From contig OZ287078.1 in assembly GCA_965645245.1 (NCBI GenBank), forward strand, positions 496,001-560,000: a stretch of DNA of 64,000 nt, in the 5' to 3' direction. Each line of letters begins with the position of its first letter. Within the stretch, counting starts at the first letter, position 1. Source of the stretch: Massalongia carnosa (taxonomy: Eukaryota). Below the pieces are notes generated by a model. That model saw nothing but the letters and a program-made list of their open reading frames with translations, was not told where the DNA came from and did not search any database. Position numbers and translations under genes: made by a program. Below are positions 23,432 through 37,274 of the stretch, piece after piece.

Positions 23432-23880
23432 GATGAGCAGAAATAAGACGAAGAGACTTGTCAAACAATTTGGCGTGGAAAATTCGTCGTGATAAACCTT
23501 TGGGCTTCTCAAATGGAGATGTTTACACAGAAAACTGATTGTTGGAATCTGAAAGATCCCATAAGTTGCGAGTGTCTTATTTTCCGTCGCTTCGCCTCTG
23601 CCACCCGAGTCATTCAGGTCACATGCCCTTGCATACGAAGCGGTATCATATCGGTATAAATCAAGACTTTATCCTTGTGCAGTTGTACTCGATTTTTTTT
23701 TGGGATTAGTCTTTCCGAATAGAGGGGGCGAGCTCGGGGATTCGGGTACAGTTTCTCCGCTTCGATATCGGACTCACCCTTACGCTCTCTGCTTTGGATC
23801 TACATACATTCTCCGTACTACCTGTGTACAGAGTAATGATCTAACCAAACGTTTGGTAATCACTTATCTTCAAATACAAA

Positions 23881-23918
23881 TACAAGATACAAGATACAAG
23901 ATACAAGATACAAGATAC
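23881..23918. repeat. (TACAAGA)n heptanucleotide tandem repeat, about 5 units
   Basis: Read directly, in the SUP45 / AVT-like divergent intergenic region. Confidence 0.9.
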
Positions 23919-24316
23919 ATACAATTTCCCCCTCACCACGTGTGAATTCCTTTCTCTGAGCGTGATAAATTTATTCCGAGCATGTCTAGTACGCCTGCTC
24001 CCCGTTCTCGCCGTACACATCTTCATGAACCTCTTCTTCGGAACGACTATCTCTCATTATGGCTTCCTTGGAACGTTTTGTTCACCTTTCTTCTCCTTCT
24101 AGATTCGATGATTTCACATGACACGCAAGCGACCCCTCGTTCAAGGCGTGATTCCAACGAGCATTTACGAAATCTGCACTTGCATTGCTTATAGCTCCCG
24201 GTACTTACTTCTCCGTATTCTCCCTGGTTTTGTATTTGTTAGTAGGTGAAGCCAGTTGTCATCGGCTTGGAGGCCATGAAATTGTTCCCATCGTTGTGGT
24301 GGTGATGATTAGGGCA

Positions 24317-26615
24317 ATGTCGACGAACCCCTTCAGTTGGGAGGACTATGAACATGGAAGGTTATCAAGGCAGGGCTCGATGGGGTCGGTAGGGAGCCGT
24401 GTACGCTTCGACGAGCCATCCCCAGCAGCAACATCGGAGCGTCTCGATATCACGTCGTCAAAAGGTGGCAACTCGGAATCAACGCTGCGGAAAAGAAGGT
24501 ATCGGCCACTTTCTTGCGAATCCCGTCTGTCAATCATTTAGCCTTGTATTAGAGGTCTATGTGCTATACCCAGTGTTCAGGCATCCTGACTTGGCTAACA
24601 AAGTCCACGCTCAATCCAGGTCATCCATTTCTGTACGCCTCAACTCTTTAGCCCAGGTCGGAGGCGTGAATAGTATAGAGAATTTTGCCCGGTCATGGCA
24701 GCGTGCTGCAGGCTTTGCCGAAATTCCAGCAACGCAGCCTACGTTTCTCCTTTCAGAAGAGGAAGACTCGATTGGGTATAGTGTACCAGATGAAGAAAGC
24801 TCTCTAGTTCCACACAGATCGTTGCTTCGACAGCAATTAGAAAGGGACAGAACACCATCAGAATCCGACTTCCAGGGAGAAAGCGCTTCGTTTGAGCACC
24901 ATGAGGACGCCGGAGACTGGGCCGCATTGCCGCATGTAAATGGAAACCAAGAAAACGATGTCCTCCAACAAGCCCCATATCTGGCTTCCCCTTTCGCAAC
25001 TAAAGTGGATGGGGTATATGGATCGCTGGCGTCTCGAGTCAATGACTCGTCCATTCGTCATGCTGGGCGGCTCTATCATGAACAGCTAGCCAGTGGCGTA
25101 CAAGATCCTGACAAAGAACCTGAACCACTTTTGATAAAGCGCGTGGAGCGTGAAGACGGCAAGGTAGTGCAAGTTGTCATAGGTCAATCAACTCTGCCCC
25201 AAACGGTCTTTAACAGCGTCAACGTTCTCGTCGGCGTGGGTCTCTTGAGTCTTCCTCTTGGTTTTAGGTACTCAGGCTGGCTTATTGGCACGACGTTCTT
25301 CATCTTCTGTGCTCTCGTGACACGATATACCGCGGTAATCCTTGCGAAATGCCTTGACGTGGATCAGTCTCTAGTAACCTTTGCTGATCTCGCCTATGCG
25401 GCTTTCGGAACCAAGGCTCGGATCGCCACCAGCGTGATTTTCTTCCTCGAGCTAATCTCAACATGCGTGGCGCTAGTAGTATTGTTTGCAGATAGTCTCG
25501 ATGCCCTCATTCCCGGTTGGGGGGTTGTGGCCTGGAAGATCGTTTGTGGTGTCATTCTGATACCCCTGAGCTTCGTTCCTCTTAGGTTACTCAGCTTTAC
25601 CAGTATCCTTGGAATTCTTTCCTGCTTCGGAAGTAAGATGAGACATTCTTGATATTGGAAAATATGTTAATGGTATGCAGTTGTCATCTTGGTGTTTGTA
25701 GATGGCTTACTTAAAGGGCACTCGCCTGGTTCATTAAGAGAGCCCGCGAAGACCTACCTCTTCCCTCAAAGTTGGTCTACCGTACCCTTGAGCTTTGGCT
25801 TGTTGATGTGTATGTACTTGATGGTTGTGAATTGGGACGAGACTAATTTCTCCCAGCTCCATGGGGTGGCCACGGTGTATTCCCCAACATCTACCGAGAT
25901 ATGCGACATCCACGCAAGTACCACAAGGCTTTGAACATAACATACAGTTTCACGGTAATTATCTTGAATGATTTACCGCGTATTTTTTCTGACACAATGC
26001 AGTATATTCTTGAACTCAGCATGGCGGTCGCGGGCCTCCTGATGTTTGGAGACAAGGTTCGTGACGAAGTAACATCCAACATCTTCCGCACCAAAGGCTA
26101 CCCCAAAGCCCTATCCGTCTGCATCGTAATCTTCATTGCAATTATCCCACTCACCAAGATTCCGTTGAAGTATGACCCCGCTAGAGTAAACGTTCCTTAA
26201 ATTCACGGTCTCAACCTAACATTTCCTTTCCATCAGTGCCCGTCCAATCGTCGTTACAATTGAACACCTCTTCGGCCTCTCCCCGGTGACCATTCCCTCA
26301 ACTGCTCTTATGGGCATCTCCGGATCCGCGCGCGGCGCCCTTAAAATCTCTATTCGTATTGCTACTATTGTGGTCATCCTTCTGATCGCCATTCTCATTC
26401 CATCCTTTGACACCATCATGGCATTTGCCGGTTCCGCGCTCACTTTTACCATTTGCGTCATCTTACCGCTAGCGTTTTATCTCAAGATTTTCGGCAAGGA
26501 GATTGAGTGGAAGGAGCGGGTTCTGGGGTGGGTCTTGATATTGGCGAGTTTGGTTATGGCGGTTGTTGGGACTGTGTGGGTGTTTTTACCTAAAAGGTTG
26601 ATAGGTGCTGTTTAA
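24317..26615 (+). CDS. Vacuolar amino-acid transporter (Aa_trans family, Avt1-like), about 6 exons
   Basis: GGVNSIENFARSWQRA, STLPQTVFNSVNVLVGVGLLSLPLG, APWGGHGVFPNIYRDMRHP, IIPLTKIPL; multiple TM segments; GT-AG introns. Confidence 0.9.
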
Positions 26616-28045
26616 GATCTGATTTTTGCAAGGGTATTATTTGCAGCGATTGGGTAGTGTTGCAGGAGCTTTGCATAAATACATGGTCGGTTAAAAGTGA
26701 TTTAAGTTACTTCTTGGAAACCCTAAATAATTTCAATGCGATGGAGCATTTGAGGACATATTCTTTTGAATTCAGAAAATCATAACCTTAAATTCACAAT
26801 TGACTTGCTCCTGCAATAAAATCCCCAAGATATTTCCCCCTTTTCCAAAAACCCCACGTCATCAGCCATCTTGTTCCCACCAAACACCCTCCTCTTCTGT
26901 CTGTTTCCCGTCCCGTCTTTCTTTTTCCACTTTTCTCAATCCTCTCCTTCCCTCCCCCCTTTTGAATTCATTTCTTTCCCATTTTCCATTTCCCTAGGCA
27001 TCTCCTCTCCTCTCACCTCAATCCAAGGTTCATGGTACATAAGTAGATAATTCGTTCCCCTTCTTCACCATTGCTTTTTCGTTTTCCCATAAATAGAAAA
27101 AGAACAAGAACACGAAAAAGACAAGGAGAAATAGAAGGGAGCTAATGTATATTATTAGGGTTAGGAGGTAGGATGGGTTGATAGGGTTGATAAGATTTGA
27201 TAGAGTTAATACAAATCAAGCTGCATGAAAGGAGTATATTCAGATTTATTATTATCATAGATATGAAAGATTTGAGAGGTATGATGACATATATGAGGTT
27301 TTGGTCAATAAATGGGTTTTTCCCTCAGCAGCTTCTCGGATAGTTCTCGAATAGCAAGAACAGTAAGAAAGAAAGACGGGAGACAGGAAAGGAAGAGCGA
27401 AGACTAGGAAAGAGAAGAGGAAGATAAAACAATAGCAAATAAACTAATTATGAAAGACGAGGAATGGAAAAAGTTATCCCTCCATCCTAATAAAAAGTAG
27501 GGCGTCGAGATTTCTTTTTTGAAACATTCCACTCATCAACACCACACTGAACTATTTTCTCTTCCGAAAAAAAGGGAAAAAACCCAAAACCAGAGACCCA
27601 ATTTCTTCGATCATCGTCAATTTATTTATATATCTATTGATCCATCTCTTACCAACCTTCGCAGTCCAAATCAACCGAGGCAAGACGAGACAAGACAAGT
27701 CAAGATAAACTCCTGAGTAGATGCATACTTCGATATAGAACACACACACGCAGATAGATAGAGGCAGGGGGTTTAATCTCGATGTTGTTTTCCAACAATG
27801 GAATCCTATCTGCGTCGACGATGTTTGCAATGAAGAACTTTATCCTAAACAAGCGTAAACGCGGATTTCTACGACAAGCCAAATCGCTGACATGATGGAA
27901 GGCGCCATGTGTATGTGTATGTATGCAGTGCCAAACACGACGCTTCGATCGGAAACGAAAAACCGAGACACGCAGTATAATCCGTCGTCTAGAGATATTA
28001 GAGACCAGCCCATTCCATGCTTTCGATTTCCTTCTCCCACACCCT

Positions 28046-30186
28046 TCAAATAAACCGGTACTTCCGCGCAACCGCCAAACTTGAGACGACAATGGCAGCA
28101 ATCACGCCAATGATACCAAAGAACCAGGACAGTCCTTCAGACTCCCTGCCCGGAACGGGGACATTCATGCCAAAAAGGCCACAGATCAAGTTCAGGGGAA
28201 CAAGAATCGTAGCCAGGAGCGTGATCTTACTCAAGACTTCGTTGGCGCGGTTCCCTTGCGCGATGGCGTCGACGCTGATCTGGGCGAGACAGTTACTGTG
28301 GCTACGTGATAGCATCTTTTCAAAATGACCAAGATTATTCATGTTAGTGACAACGTGGTCTTGAATGTCGCCAAGGTAAAGACCGATTTCGGGTCGGGGA
28401 GTGACCGAATACTGTTGCGTACATCGTTTGGCGAAGCCTTTGATCACATCGGCTTTACCCCCTAGGAGGCGCATAAGCGACATGACCTTCTTGCGGCAGC
28501 CGCCGATGCGTTGGAGGAGGCGCGTGAAGTCATCAGCGCGGATGGTGAAGACTTGGTCTTCAATCGAATCTGTTTCGAATTGGATAGAGTCGATTACGGG
28601 GATGAAAGTATCGACGATGTCATCGCTTCAATGAGAAAGCGGTCAGATTGAGAATAAAAATAGGGAAAGATGGTTTGGTGTGGAAGAAGGAAAGGGAAGA
28701 AGGAAGAAAAGAAGAATTTAATATGATTAAGATCAAAGCCAAAGGAGTGGTTAGGTATAAGGTGGTAGACGTACATCATTGCATAGCAAATCCAATCTGC
28801 GCCCAAGAGCATATAATCTCGAAGCTTGCCAATCCTTTTCCTAACATTCGCCGCATGAGGGCTCTGGGTGTACGTGAAAGTGAGGATGCCCTGGCGGAAA
28901 ACCACCATGTAGACATTGACAGGTTCCATGTATTGTTCGCTGTTTTTGTCCATTTGATAAAATGATCGGAAACAAACAAAGTAGTACTGCTTAAAGAGCT
29001 CAACTTTCTCTCGAGCTTCCTGCGTGATGATATCCTCGGTTGTCAAGCGATGGATTCCAAACGCCCCCTTGAATACGTTGAGTTCGTCCTCAGTTGGATT
29101 GACAACATTCATCCACCATACTCCCGAATCCTCAGGAAGATTGAAAAGTTCACAAGACGTTGTCCCTGGTGAAAGGAGATCAGCAAACTCTGCTGCGTGA
29201 ATAGTCTGCTCCATTTCCGACGAAAAGAAGCTGAAGCGATGGGGTTCCACGGAACATGGGATGCGCTCCGGTGGGCCGTTCGCATCTAAAGGATCAATAA
29301 CCTTTTCATCGAATATAGACGCATCATCATCAATGGCACATTCGGATCCAAGTCGGGTAGGGCTGGATGAATGTGTAACAATCTTTGGAATGATCTGCTC
29401 GTTTCTAGGGCTTAAACACTGAAAAAACCTCGGCTTGTTGCCTTGAGAGCTGAAGCTAAGCTTTTGCCGGCCTTTGCTCGCAATTAAAGGTTTTCCTCTC
29501 GTGCTTTCAGCCACAAACTCGTCTAACTCTTGGAAATCTATCTTGTAGGTTTTGGATGAATCCTCTACAACAGGAAAACAAACATCGTCTTCTGCCGGAT
29601 TATGATAAGAAGCCCCATCGTTGTGGTGGTCCAATTGGCGAATGCTGCCGTTGCTAAAGGTAGGTCGACGACAATTTGTACCACCAGATATAGTACGTTG
29701 AATACCGAGATCAAGCTCAGAAGGGCCAGTGCTCCCAACAGTGTTCGCCCTCTCTCGGCGGCGTGGGTCTGCAAAAGCATCGACCGAGTTCGCTGGAGAT
29801 GTGGACCTTGAGGAAGGCGAAGAGTCCCGGGATCGATTCACGGCGACCTGACTCCGTCGACCTGTCCCTCGGTATGCAGCAGGGTTAGTTGATCCTCGCC
29901 GCTCGTCCATATTCTCTCCATTGCCACTTCTCTCATCATCCATATTGACTTGCTCGAAGTCCCTGGACACTGGACCCGTCTCACGCAGATTTTCATTAAT
30001 CTCCAACAAATCTAAGCGTCCCACGTTCACACCACTTTGAGCAGTGTTCCGTCTAGGTAAAGTTCGGCGACCGCTGCTAATGGTATCCGAGCGAGGAATT
30101 GTCGAAGCTTGATGCCGGTGATCATCCAGATCTGATACGGGCGTGTTGAATCTCGACTGCGATTTTCCGGATCGAGGGGTTTCCAT
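28046..30186 (-). CDS. CorA-family Mg2+ transporter (Alr1-like)
   Basis: REKVELFKQYYFVCFRSF, DWICYAM/IDDIVD (intron 28626-28774), GKADVIKGFAKR, GLFGMNVPVPG; an upstream exon is possible. Confidence 0.92.
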
Positions 30187-31145
30187 TGCATTAATAATAT
30201 CTTGATTATAGTGGTTATAGTCTGCAAATTAGTATAGCATCGCAAAAAGGAATGAAATCGCTCAGTATACCTGATGATAGTGCGCTACACACTAAGAAAT
30301 GCAACCCACGCTCTGTTTAGCCCAACAAAGTCGGCCAACAGGTGGCGGAGGGCGTCCCACCCTTCCTCGTTTAGGCGTGTAGCGTCCAGCTTGTTTGCGT
30401 CTGATTTCTATTCTTCAAATCAACGTTTCCTTTTCGCTAGTGAGCTTCGCGCCAGTGTCCTAATATAAGTCTAAAGCCAAATTATGGAGGCTTGAGGACG
30501 CCTCCACAAATGACTCGAAATCTTGGGCCTAACAGAGGTCGGATGAATGAAAATTGCACAAAGCGAGTCCCCGCCAACTTGGTGGTATTCCAGGCGGAAG
30601 GCCGGTGAGGCGCCAGAATGATGGATGGGAGAAGTATCCTGTGATGAGAACGAAAGACCGTGGGAGCCTTTCGTGCCTTAAAGTAGAGAGCTGGTGGAAT
30701 TGCGTAGCTGCTGAGGGGACCAAGGATCGCAAAAAGCCCTTTTACACTGGTTTCTGGGTTGATACTGTGCTGAGAAGGGTCAAGAGATATTTGAGAGGGA
30801 TAGAAGAGTATTGCCAGATGTAGTTTATCAGTATTGGATATTTGAAAGTAATTTCAGAGCCAGGTGGGGTTGGCAAAGAGTATAAAAGAAGCAATTCAAC
30901 CTCAGAATACTACGTGAACCTTGAATGCGCGATTTCTGCGTACATACAACACTAACGCTCAACATTTCATTAGCGCATTACGCAGACAGAAAATTTCTTC
31001 CTTGTGTCTCTCTCCATCCATCCAAATCCATCCAATTCAACCACATGCAATTCTCGAGACCCTGCGTTTCAGCCAGTCGGAAGAGCGACTGAACCACAGA
31101 AATACTATCCCGGAACCCTCTTCCTATCATTGGCTCCGCTTTCGC

Positions 31146-32284
31146 TCAAATTGCACTCTCGTGGTCCTCTGGTGCCGACATCCTATTGACCCAACTCCCA
31201 AGCCACCTCCACCCCGACGCAGACTTGCCCAATTCATGGAGAGCGTGATTCACCTGACCCTTCCCATCGATATCTTTCTTCCCCTCCATTTCCACTAAGA
31301 AGATGTAATGCCAGAGCCGAACCCGGCTTGGCCTGCTGCTGATACTTGTAAGGTTTAGATCGAAGGTCTTAAATACCTGCAAAGCGTCTGCGAGCGCCCC
31401 GCTTGCATAGTGATCGACCCCAAATGATACCATGGTCTTCCACTTCGAGCTTGCTACCTCGGGTACAGGCCGCCTATGAAATGCGATTTCAATCCCGGGA
31501 ATCAGCCCCCGACGCAGGATGAAGAATCGGGTTGTGTTATCTTCACGATCTTGAATGCCATCAGCGAGAAAGTCCAAGTCGTAAATTTCCGCGGCGAGGC
31601 GGCTAGATATGGCCGCCGAGGTATTGGATTTGTCTGCCGCGACGATCTCGGCAGCTTTGGAAGTGGAGGATACTTCTTGCCACTCGATTCCTTTCAAATA
31701 CTTAGATAGAAATTTTTCGCATTGGCCAAACGCCTGTGGGTGGGAAAGAATTCGCGTGACAGAGCTTAGGTTTGTCAATGGGTATGCTCTAAACATGCTC
31801 AGGTCTGGGTTTCTTGTCGTTGATGCATCAGACCCAGGAAAGGGGGTTTCTTCATTGCTGGTCTGAGGATCAATGTGTCCAAGGAGACAATGATGAACGG
31901 GCAAATAAGCCTCTCCGCACACCACAACATCGCTATACTTCTGTTCTCGGTCTATCAAAAGATCCAGCGTGTACAAAACAGAGCCATTGGAAGAATTCTC
32001 AAACGGAACTACGCCATACAAGACCTGAGAATTCTGTACCGCTGCGAAGACTTCTATTTTTCTGTCAAAGACATGACCCTTAGAATGGGGATATATTACC
32101 TTGTATAGTAGCCTTGGGAGCAAGGACGTGCTTTGCTTCGTCGAATGAGTTTAGTGTAGCCTGGAATATTTAGTAATGGAATGATTATATATAAAGTAGC
32201 AGACGTCGAACTTGCCTGATGGGTGTAGGACGAAGGAGGCCCGAGATATGCGACCTGATCTTTTGAGTTGGTCAACATGGTCAT
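31146..32284 (-). CDS. PHA2: Prephenate dehydratase
   Basis: VAYLGPPSSYTHQ, VVPFENSSNGSV, SHPQAFGQC, NTTRF, C-terminal ACT domain; introns 32161-32215 (GC-AG) and 32054-32099. Confidence 0.93.
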
Positions 32285-33556
32285 CTCGGGCAATACCTGC
32301 TTTCAAGTATGAATGAAGAGGTTGTTTTAACAGAAGTGGTCTAATTGCTGAATCTCATCTTTCTTGTGCTACGAGGTTGGAGATCCATAACGATGACAGC
32401 TTGATTGGACGTGTCAATAACCTTTCTTACAAGATGAAACCTCAGATAAACTCATTGGGGCCTTGATTCATTACTTAGCCGTGTCGGATACAGTAAGTCG
32501 GTCACTCGGCGATCACACTTCGTTTAGCCTTGAAAGTCAATTCAAGTTGCTGGCAGCCATGTGATTATCACCTGGTACTGAAAGATGCGCAATCACAAAG
32601 AGCGTTAGTCATACCAAAAGGCGAGATACATCGGTAAAGACAGTCTGCATTCTATGGAGTGAGAAAATCAAATATCTAAAGCGTGAATCTCATGCTTTCC
32701 CTCCATTCTCTATGGATCGGTCAAAGCATACGAACACCCATATTCCAGACTCGGTGGAAAGCTTCTAAAGATAAGTTATGGTAGGCACGTTCCCTTAGAC
32801 GATCAAAAGAAAGAAAAGCAACAAAGAAATCTGGACGCAGAAAGTGCGGTGGTGTCCTATCCAATAAAACCCCTCCTACATCCTGCTGAAAAACGCTCAA
32901 TGATACGCCGTTAGACATATGAAAGCCGTTGGGGCTAAGTGCAGACCTTCGGCCGGTTCATGGATCTTGTACGCCAATCCTCATTGCACCAGTCCAGTTA
33001 TAAGCCAAACTCCCCACACTTGGGACGCTCCCCAGCCAGAGTAATTTCTATCGAATCAGACCGAATTAGTTAGAGTGCAATGTAAACGACACAAATCCTG
33101 CCCAAAAGCCTTTCCTGAGGCTCTCCTATCGCCAATAAACCCTTGCTTGACCACTGGCTAGTCGAGCAACCACCGAATTTGCGGAACAAATGAAACCAAC
33201 CAGTCCAGAGATTCTCTGGTCAAAGTAAAATCAAAAAATAGTAGAGATGTGTCTGGCATGATTTCCAGTGAGAATAAAGGCATCCATCCGGCGAGCCTCG
33301 TTGTAGTCGTTGAGAATGAATCATAAGGGTCGAGAATATGACGTAGGGGTATGAGTGCGTGAGAAGATAGAGAAACAGACTCCAGAAATGACGATAAGAG
33401 CGCGAATTAAAACGCCAATTGTGTACCATCCGGGAAAAACTGATCGTGATATGGATTAGAAACTTGTTGTATGCTTAACTGTTCATACGCAAATAAATCA
33501 TGAGGAGCTCGAAAGAACGCCAACTCCGAGCTATACATAAAAGTTCTCTGGCCATT

Positions 33557-35083
33557 CTATGTAGCCACTCCGTTTGCGCCATCGCTGCTAAGGGTATCAA
33601 GTTGCAAAACACGTCGTAAGTAATCCTCTATTGATTTCATCTGAATAGGATCCCTAAGGTGTGGACTATCAAGGTCGGAGTAAGACTTCTGCGAAGAGAT
33701 AGGGGGTTGAAATGATGAAATGCTGTTGTTTTTCATGATGGTGTGATGATTATGAGGAGCTGGTAACATATAAGAATTCGACTTAGGTGTATCCGATGGG
33801 GCAGCAATTGCTGGAAATTCTGGGAGGTCAACATTGTTGGTAGGCTTGGAACTATTTACATGCGTGCGGAGGTTTGAGGAATTGAGTCGATGCCGAGGCG
33901 ATCCGTTAGAGGATGATGTGACGAGGGGAGACCTTTGAAGGAGAGGAACGCCTGAAGATGGCATACTACCTTCAGTAACAGCGGAACTGAGAGGCAACAC
34001 GGTAATAGATAGTCCGGATGGATTAGGCAAAGGTCGGTAGACCTGAGGCACATTATTATCACTTGTAGTGAGACGAGCTACCGGGCGCTGTGGAACTGGC
34101 GACAAGAGCAGATTTTTCAGCGCCAACGACTTAGCCTTGCGTTGCTCTTCTGCCGTGAGTGTAGCTGTGGTATGGGAAGGGGCGGTATTTGGACGATTGT
34201 TATCCGTAAAGGAAGTTGCTGAGGAATGAAAAGCTCTTTCGATGGGGGGGGAACTAATTTGATCATCACTATCCAGGGAGAAGAGCCCTCCGATTGAGTT
34301 GTGGTCCGGATGGCGCGAATGATGACTGCCTGGAAGAATAGGCGAAACAGAGGAAGTAGCAAGATTACTGGTCTTGATAGCTGGTGATACAGGATTAGAA
34401 CCATTTATTGTAGCACGAATTGCACTTTCCTCCTGTTTCTTATCTTTCTCCCGCTGGTCCGCATGGATAGAGGCGTTAAGGGTTGACTCGTCGCTGACAA
34501 GTGGCATAGTATCTAATCGACATTTCCTTAAAGTTGGGGACTCGTCGCTCTGGTCTGATGGCGCGTCTTTCAACTCTCTCTCCATCATAGCCTTGAGACC
34601 CGACCCTTGCTTCTGTTCAGGAACCGACTTGGAGAGAAATTTTGGCATTGGCAATGCTGAAGCAGCTGGTGAGGCGTGAAAAGTAGGCCCAGCATATGCT
34701 TGCGATGGTGTTGCATATGGTCTAGCGGGTGTTTGTGGCTTCGGTCGGCTGCCAGATTCAGGCGTAGCTCCAGATTTTGGTGTACCGGTTGCTTTCCTTC
34801 GGCCTTTGGCGTTGCTTTGTTTACCCAATGTCTGGGTCTGCTGCTGACTGTGAGATGGTGTCGCATACATGGACTTTGGTCGTGGAGGGGTGATGGGTGT
34901 GGTCTCTGGAACTCCTATAGTATGAAGCATTCTGGGAGTAGATCTGGGAGTTTCGAATTCAGAAAGATCCGGAACAGATATCGTGCTGATAACTTCCGAT
35001 GACGGTGGCCTGGAAAGAATCCTGTACGAAGGAGAGGGTTCCTTCACACCATTAGATGGACTGCGAGCCTTTTTGTCCATCAT
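33557..35083 (-). CDS. Ser/Pro-rich protein with a PNRC / Edc1-like decapping-activator motif
   Basis: YAGPTFHASPAASALPMPKF motif in a long low-complexity ORF; C-terminal IEDYLRRVLQL; start uncertain. Confidence 0.7.
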   Translation of the reverse strand: MMDKKARSPSNGVKEPSPSYRILSRPPSSEVISTISVPDLSEFETPRSTPRMLHTIGVPETTPITPPRPKSMYATPSHSQQQTQTLGKQSNAKGRRKATGTPKSGATPESGSRPKPQTPARPYATPSQAYAGPTFHASPAASALPMPKFLSKSVPEQKQGSGLKAMMERELKDAPSDQSDESPTLRKCRLDTMPLVSDESTLNASIHADQREKDKKQEESAIRATINGSNPVSPAIKTSNLATSSVSPILPGSHHSRHPDHNSIGGLFSLDSDDQISSPPIERAFHSSATSFTDNNRPNTAPSHTTATLTAEEQRKAKSLALKNLLLSPVPQRPVARLTTSDNNVPQVYRPLPNPSGLSITVLPLSSAVTEGSMPSSGVPLLQRSPLVTSSSNGSPRHRLNSSNLRTHVNSSKPTNNVDLPEFPAIAAPSDTPKSNSYMLPAPHNHHTIMKNNSISSFQPPISSQKSYSDLDSPHLRDPIQMKSIEDYLRRVLQLDTLSSDGANGVAT

Positions 35084-35892
35084 TGTGAACGTAGGAAGCG
35101 AAAGTCGTAGCCTAGAAGAAAGTCTTGAGCGGAGCACGTGATAGAAACCACAGAGTATTGAAGCGGTCAAAAATGTTGTAAAAATGGTAGGTGTTGAATG
35201 AGGTAGAGGATGAAGTCTCTGTATAGTTGGAAGTGTTGAAAACCAATCACAACAGGCTTATAAGCGAAAGGGTCAGTGTCCTTATCAGATCTTGGTTTAG
35301 AGAATGATGGGAATTCGATGTTGGAAGACGATTGGTTTTGTAGCGTTCATGTTGGTGTAGTGATTTGATGGAGGTGTTGTAGTTTTCGTCGTAGTTATAC
35401 CAACGGCTTGGGAGGGGCGAAGTTAACCTTTCGCATTCAGCCCTAAAGCTTTGACCTAGCCTCTTCAGGTCCAATATTTGTTCTTATCATTTCACATGCT
35501 TTCCATAAACTTTTCATCAACTATCAAGAACTATCCTATATTTTACTTCAGGAATCAGTTTCCGTTAAAAAGCTTAAAACAGAATCTCCAGCCGCTGTAA
35601 AATAAAGAGAAATTTTAAATACTTTTTCCACGCCTGAACCTAACCTTAAAAGGAGGCTCTGCGGGAAGTGCAATCAGTTTAGGTATGTGCCTAGAGACAT
35701 TACTGAATATGGTTTCCCTTCAAGCTCGGAGTTCTTAATATCAACAGGCTGATTTTCTAACAGGTGATTCGAGCCGGGTTTTTTTGTGTCCTTTATATCT
35801 TTAGCTCATAGTTACTCTTTTCATGCACAAGATCCACTATATCGCCCTTACCACTTTGAGTTGTCCTCACCATTAAAACGTGCCAAGTCGCC

Positions 35893-36438
35893 ATGGCCGA
35901 CGTTGATATGCCAGACGCGAGCTCGACTGTATCCGCCAAAGCAAAAGGCCCTGGACTTGGAAAGGTGTCAAAAGCCGGAGCTCCAGCAGACAGTAGCGGG
36001 GATGGCAAAAAGAGGTTTGAAGTCAAGAAAGTAAGTATGCCTAGCTACCTTTCTGAACGGTGAGAGCTAATTATGCGCAGTGGAATGCTGTAGCTCTGTG
36101 GGCATGGGACATCGTTGTCGACAACTGCGCCATTTGCAGAAACCATATCATGGATCTTTGTACGTTTTATTGAGCCTAGATGCTGAAGCTACGTCTAACT
36201 GGGATTTCAGGTATCGAATGCCAAGCAAACCAGGCCTCAGCCACAAGTGAAGAATGCACAGTCGCGTGGGGCATTTGTAATGTAGGTTTTCTCTTGCGAC
36301 CAGAGATAACACTGACACTAATGTTACTCAATTTTACAGCATGCCTTTCACTTCCACTGCATCTCCCGTTGGCTCAAGACTCGGCAAGTGTGTCCGCTCG
36401 ACAATCGTGATTGGGAATTCCAGAAGTACGGTCGGTAA
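35893..36438 (+). CDS. RBX1: SCF RING-H2 subunit Rbx1/Hrt1, 4 exons
   Basis: [41 protein letters not shown]...[39 protein letters not shown]. Confidence 0.97.
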
Positions 36439-36709
36439 GAGTCCTCAAAAAGATGTAATGGTACTTGGGCCACATACGGCTCATATGGAAATGTTATATG
36501 ATGGATGAGCATACCACAAATTCGTTGGTTGATCGGTCAAGGGAGCGATTTATGGGAGGAAATGCAATTCAGCGACTAGATCAAGGGGTTACCTCCAGCA
36601 AATACGACTGTTATGATAACAGTCTTACGTCTCCTATGCATAAACCCATAAGTGCTGTTCGTTGATCCGTAGAAATGTTCCATCCATGTGTCAACTGCAC
36701 CCGCTTCAA

Positions 36710-37133
36710 CTAGTTGATTTTCTTTCCGTCCACCTCGATGCTCGCACCGCCAAGTGCACTTCTTACAGGGAGCCAGTTTTCCGGGTTTTCGTTATATATA
36801 GGCCATGGCGGGACGACAATTAGAAACGTGAGCGCGGTGCCCGCAAGGCCAATCCAAAGAGTAAGGTATATGTTCTGTTGTATATAGCCCAGCATAAAAG
36901 CCAAAAGCTGTAGAATCTATCAGCACTTTCGGCTAAGACTGTAAAGGCAGATTGGAGAGCCATACACCTGTGCCTGCTAGAAAGAGCGTGCTGAAGATCT
37001 CAGTCTGTTTCTGGCCTTCAAAGTCCTGAATTAATTAGCGCGAGTGAACTTTGAGCAAAATATAAGGATAACCCAAGCTCACTATTTGTCCTTCGAAAAG
37101 ATCCTGAACTTGTTTGAGAAGTTGGTCTGCCAT
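36710..37133 (-). CDS. SPC1: Signal peptidase complex subunit 1 (SPC12), 3 exons
   Basis: MADQLLKQVQDLFEGQI/DFEGQ..., two TM segments, VVPPWPIYNENP motif. Confidence 0.9.
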
Positions 37134-37274
37134 TTCGTGGAGTTTGAAATGAAATCAACAAAATGAACGTTGGCCTTTGGGCTTGATATTTCGGCAATAT
37201 TTAGTTAACTATGGCCCGTGCGTTGCTAAAACATACATCAACAACTTCTTATGTAAAGGCTTCGAGTTTTAAAG

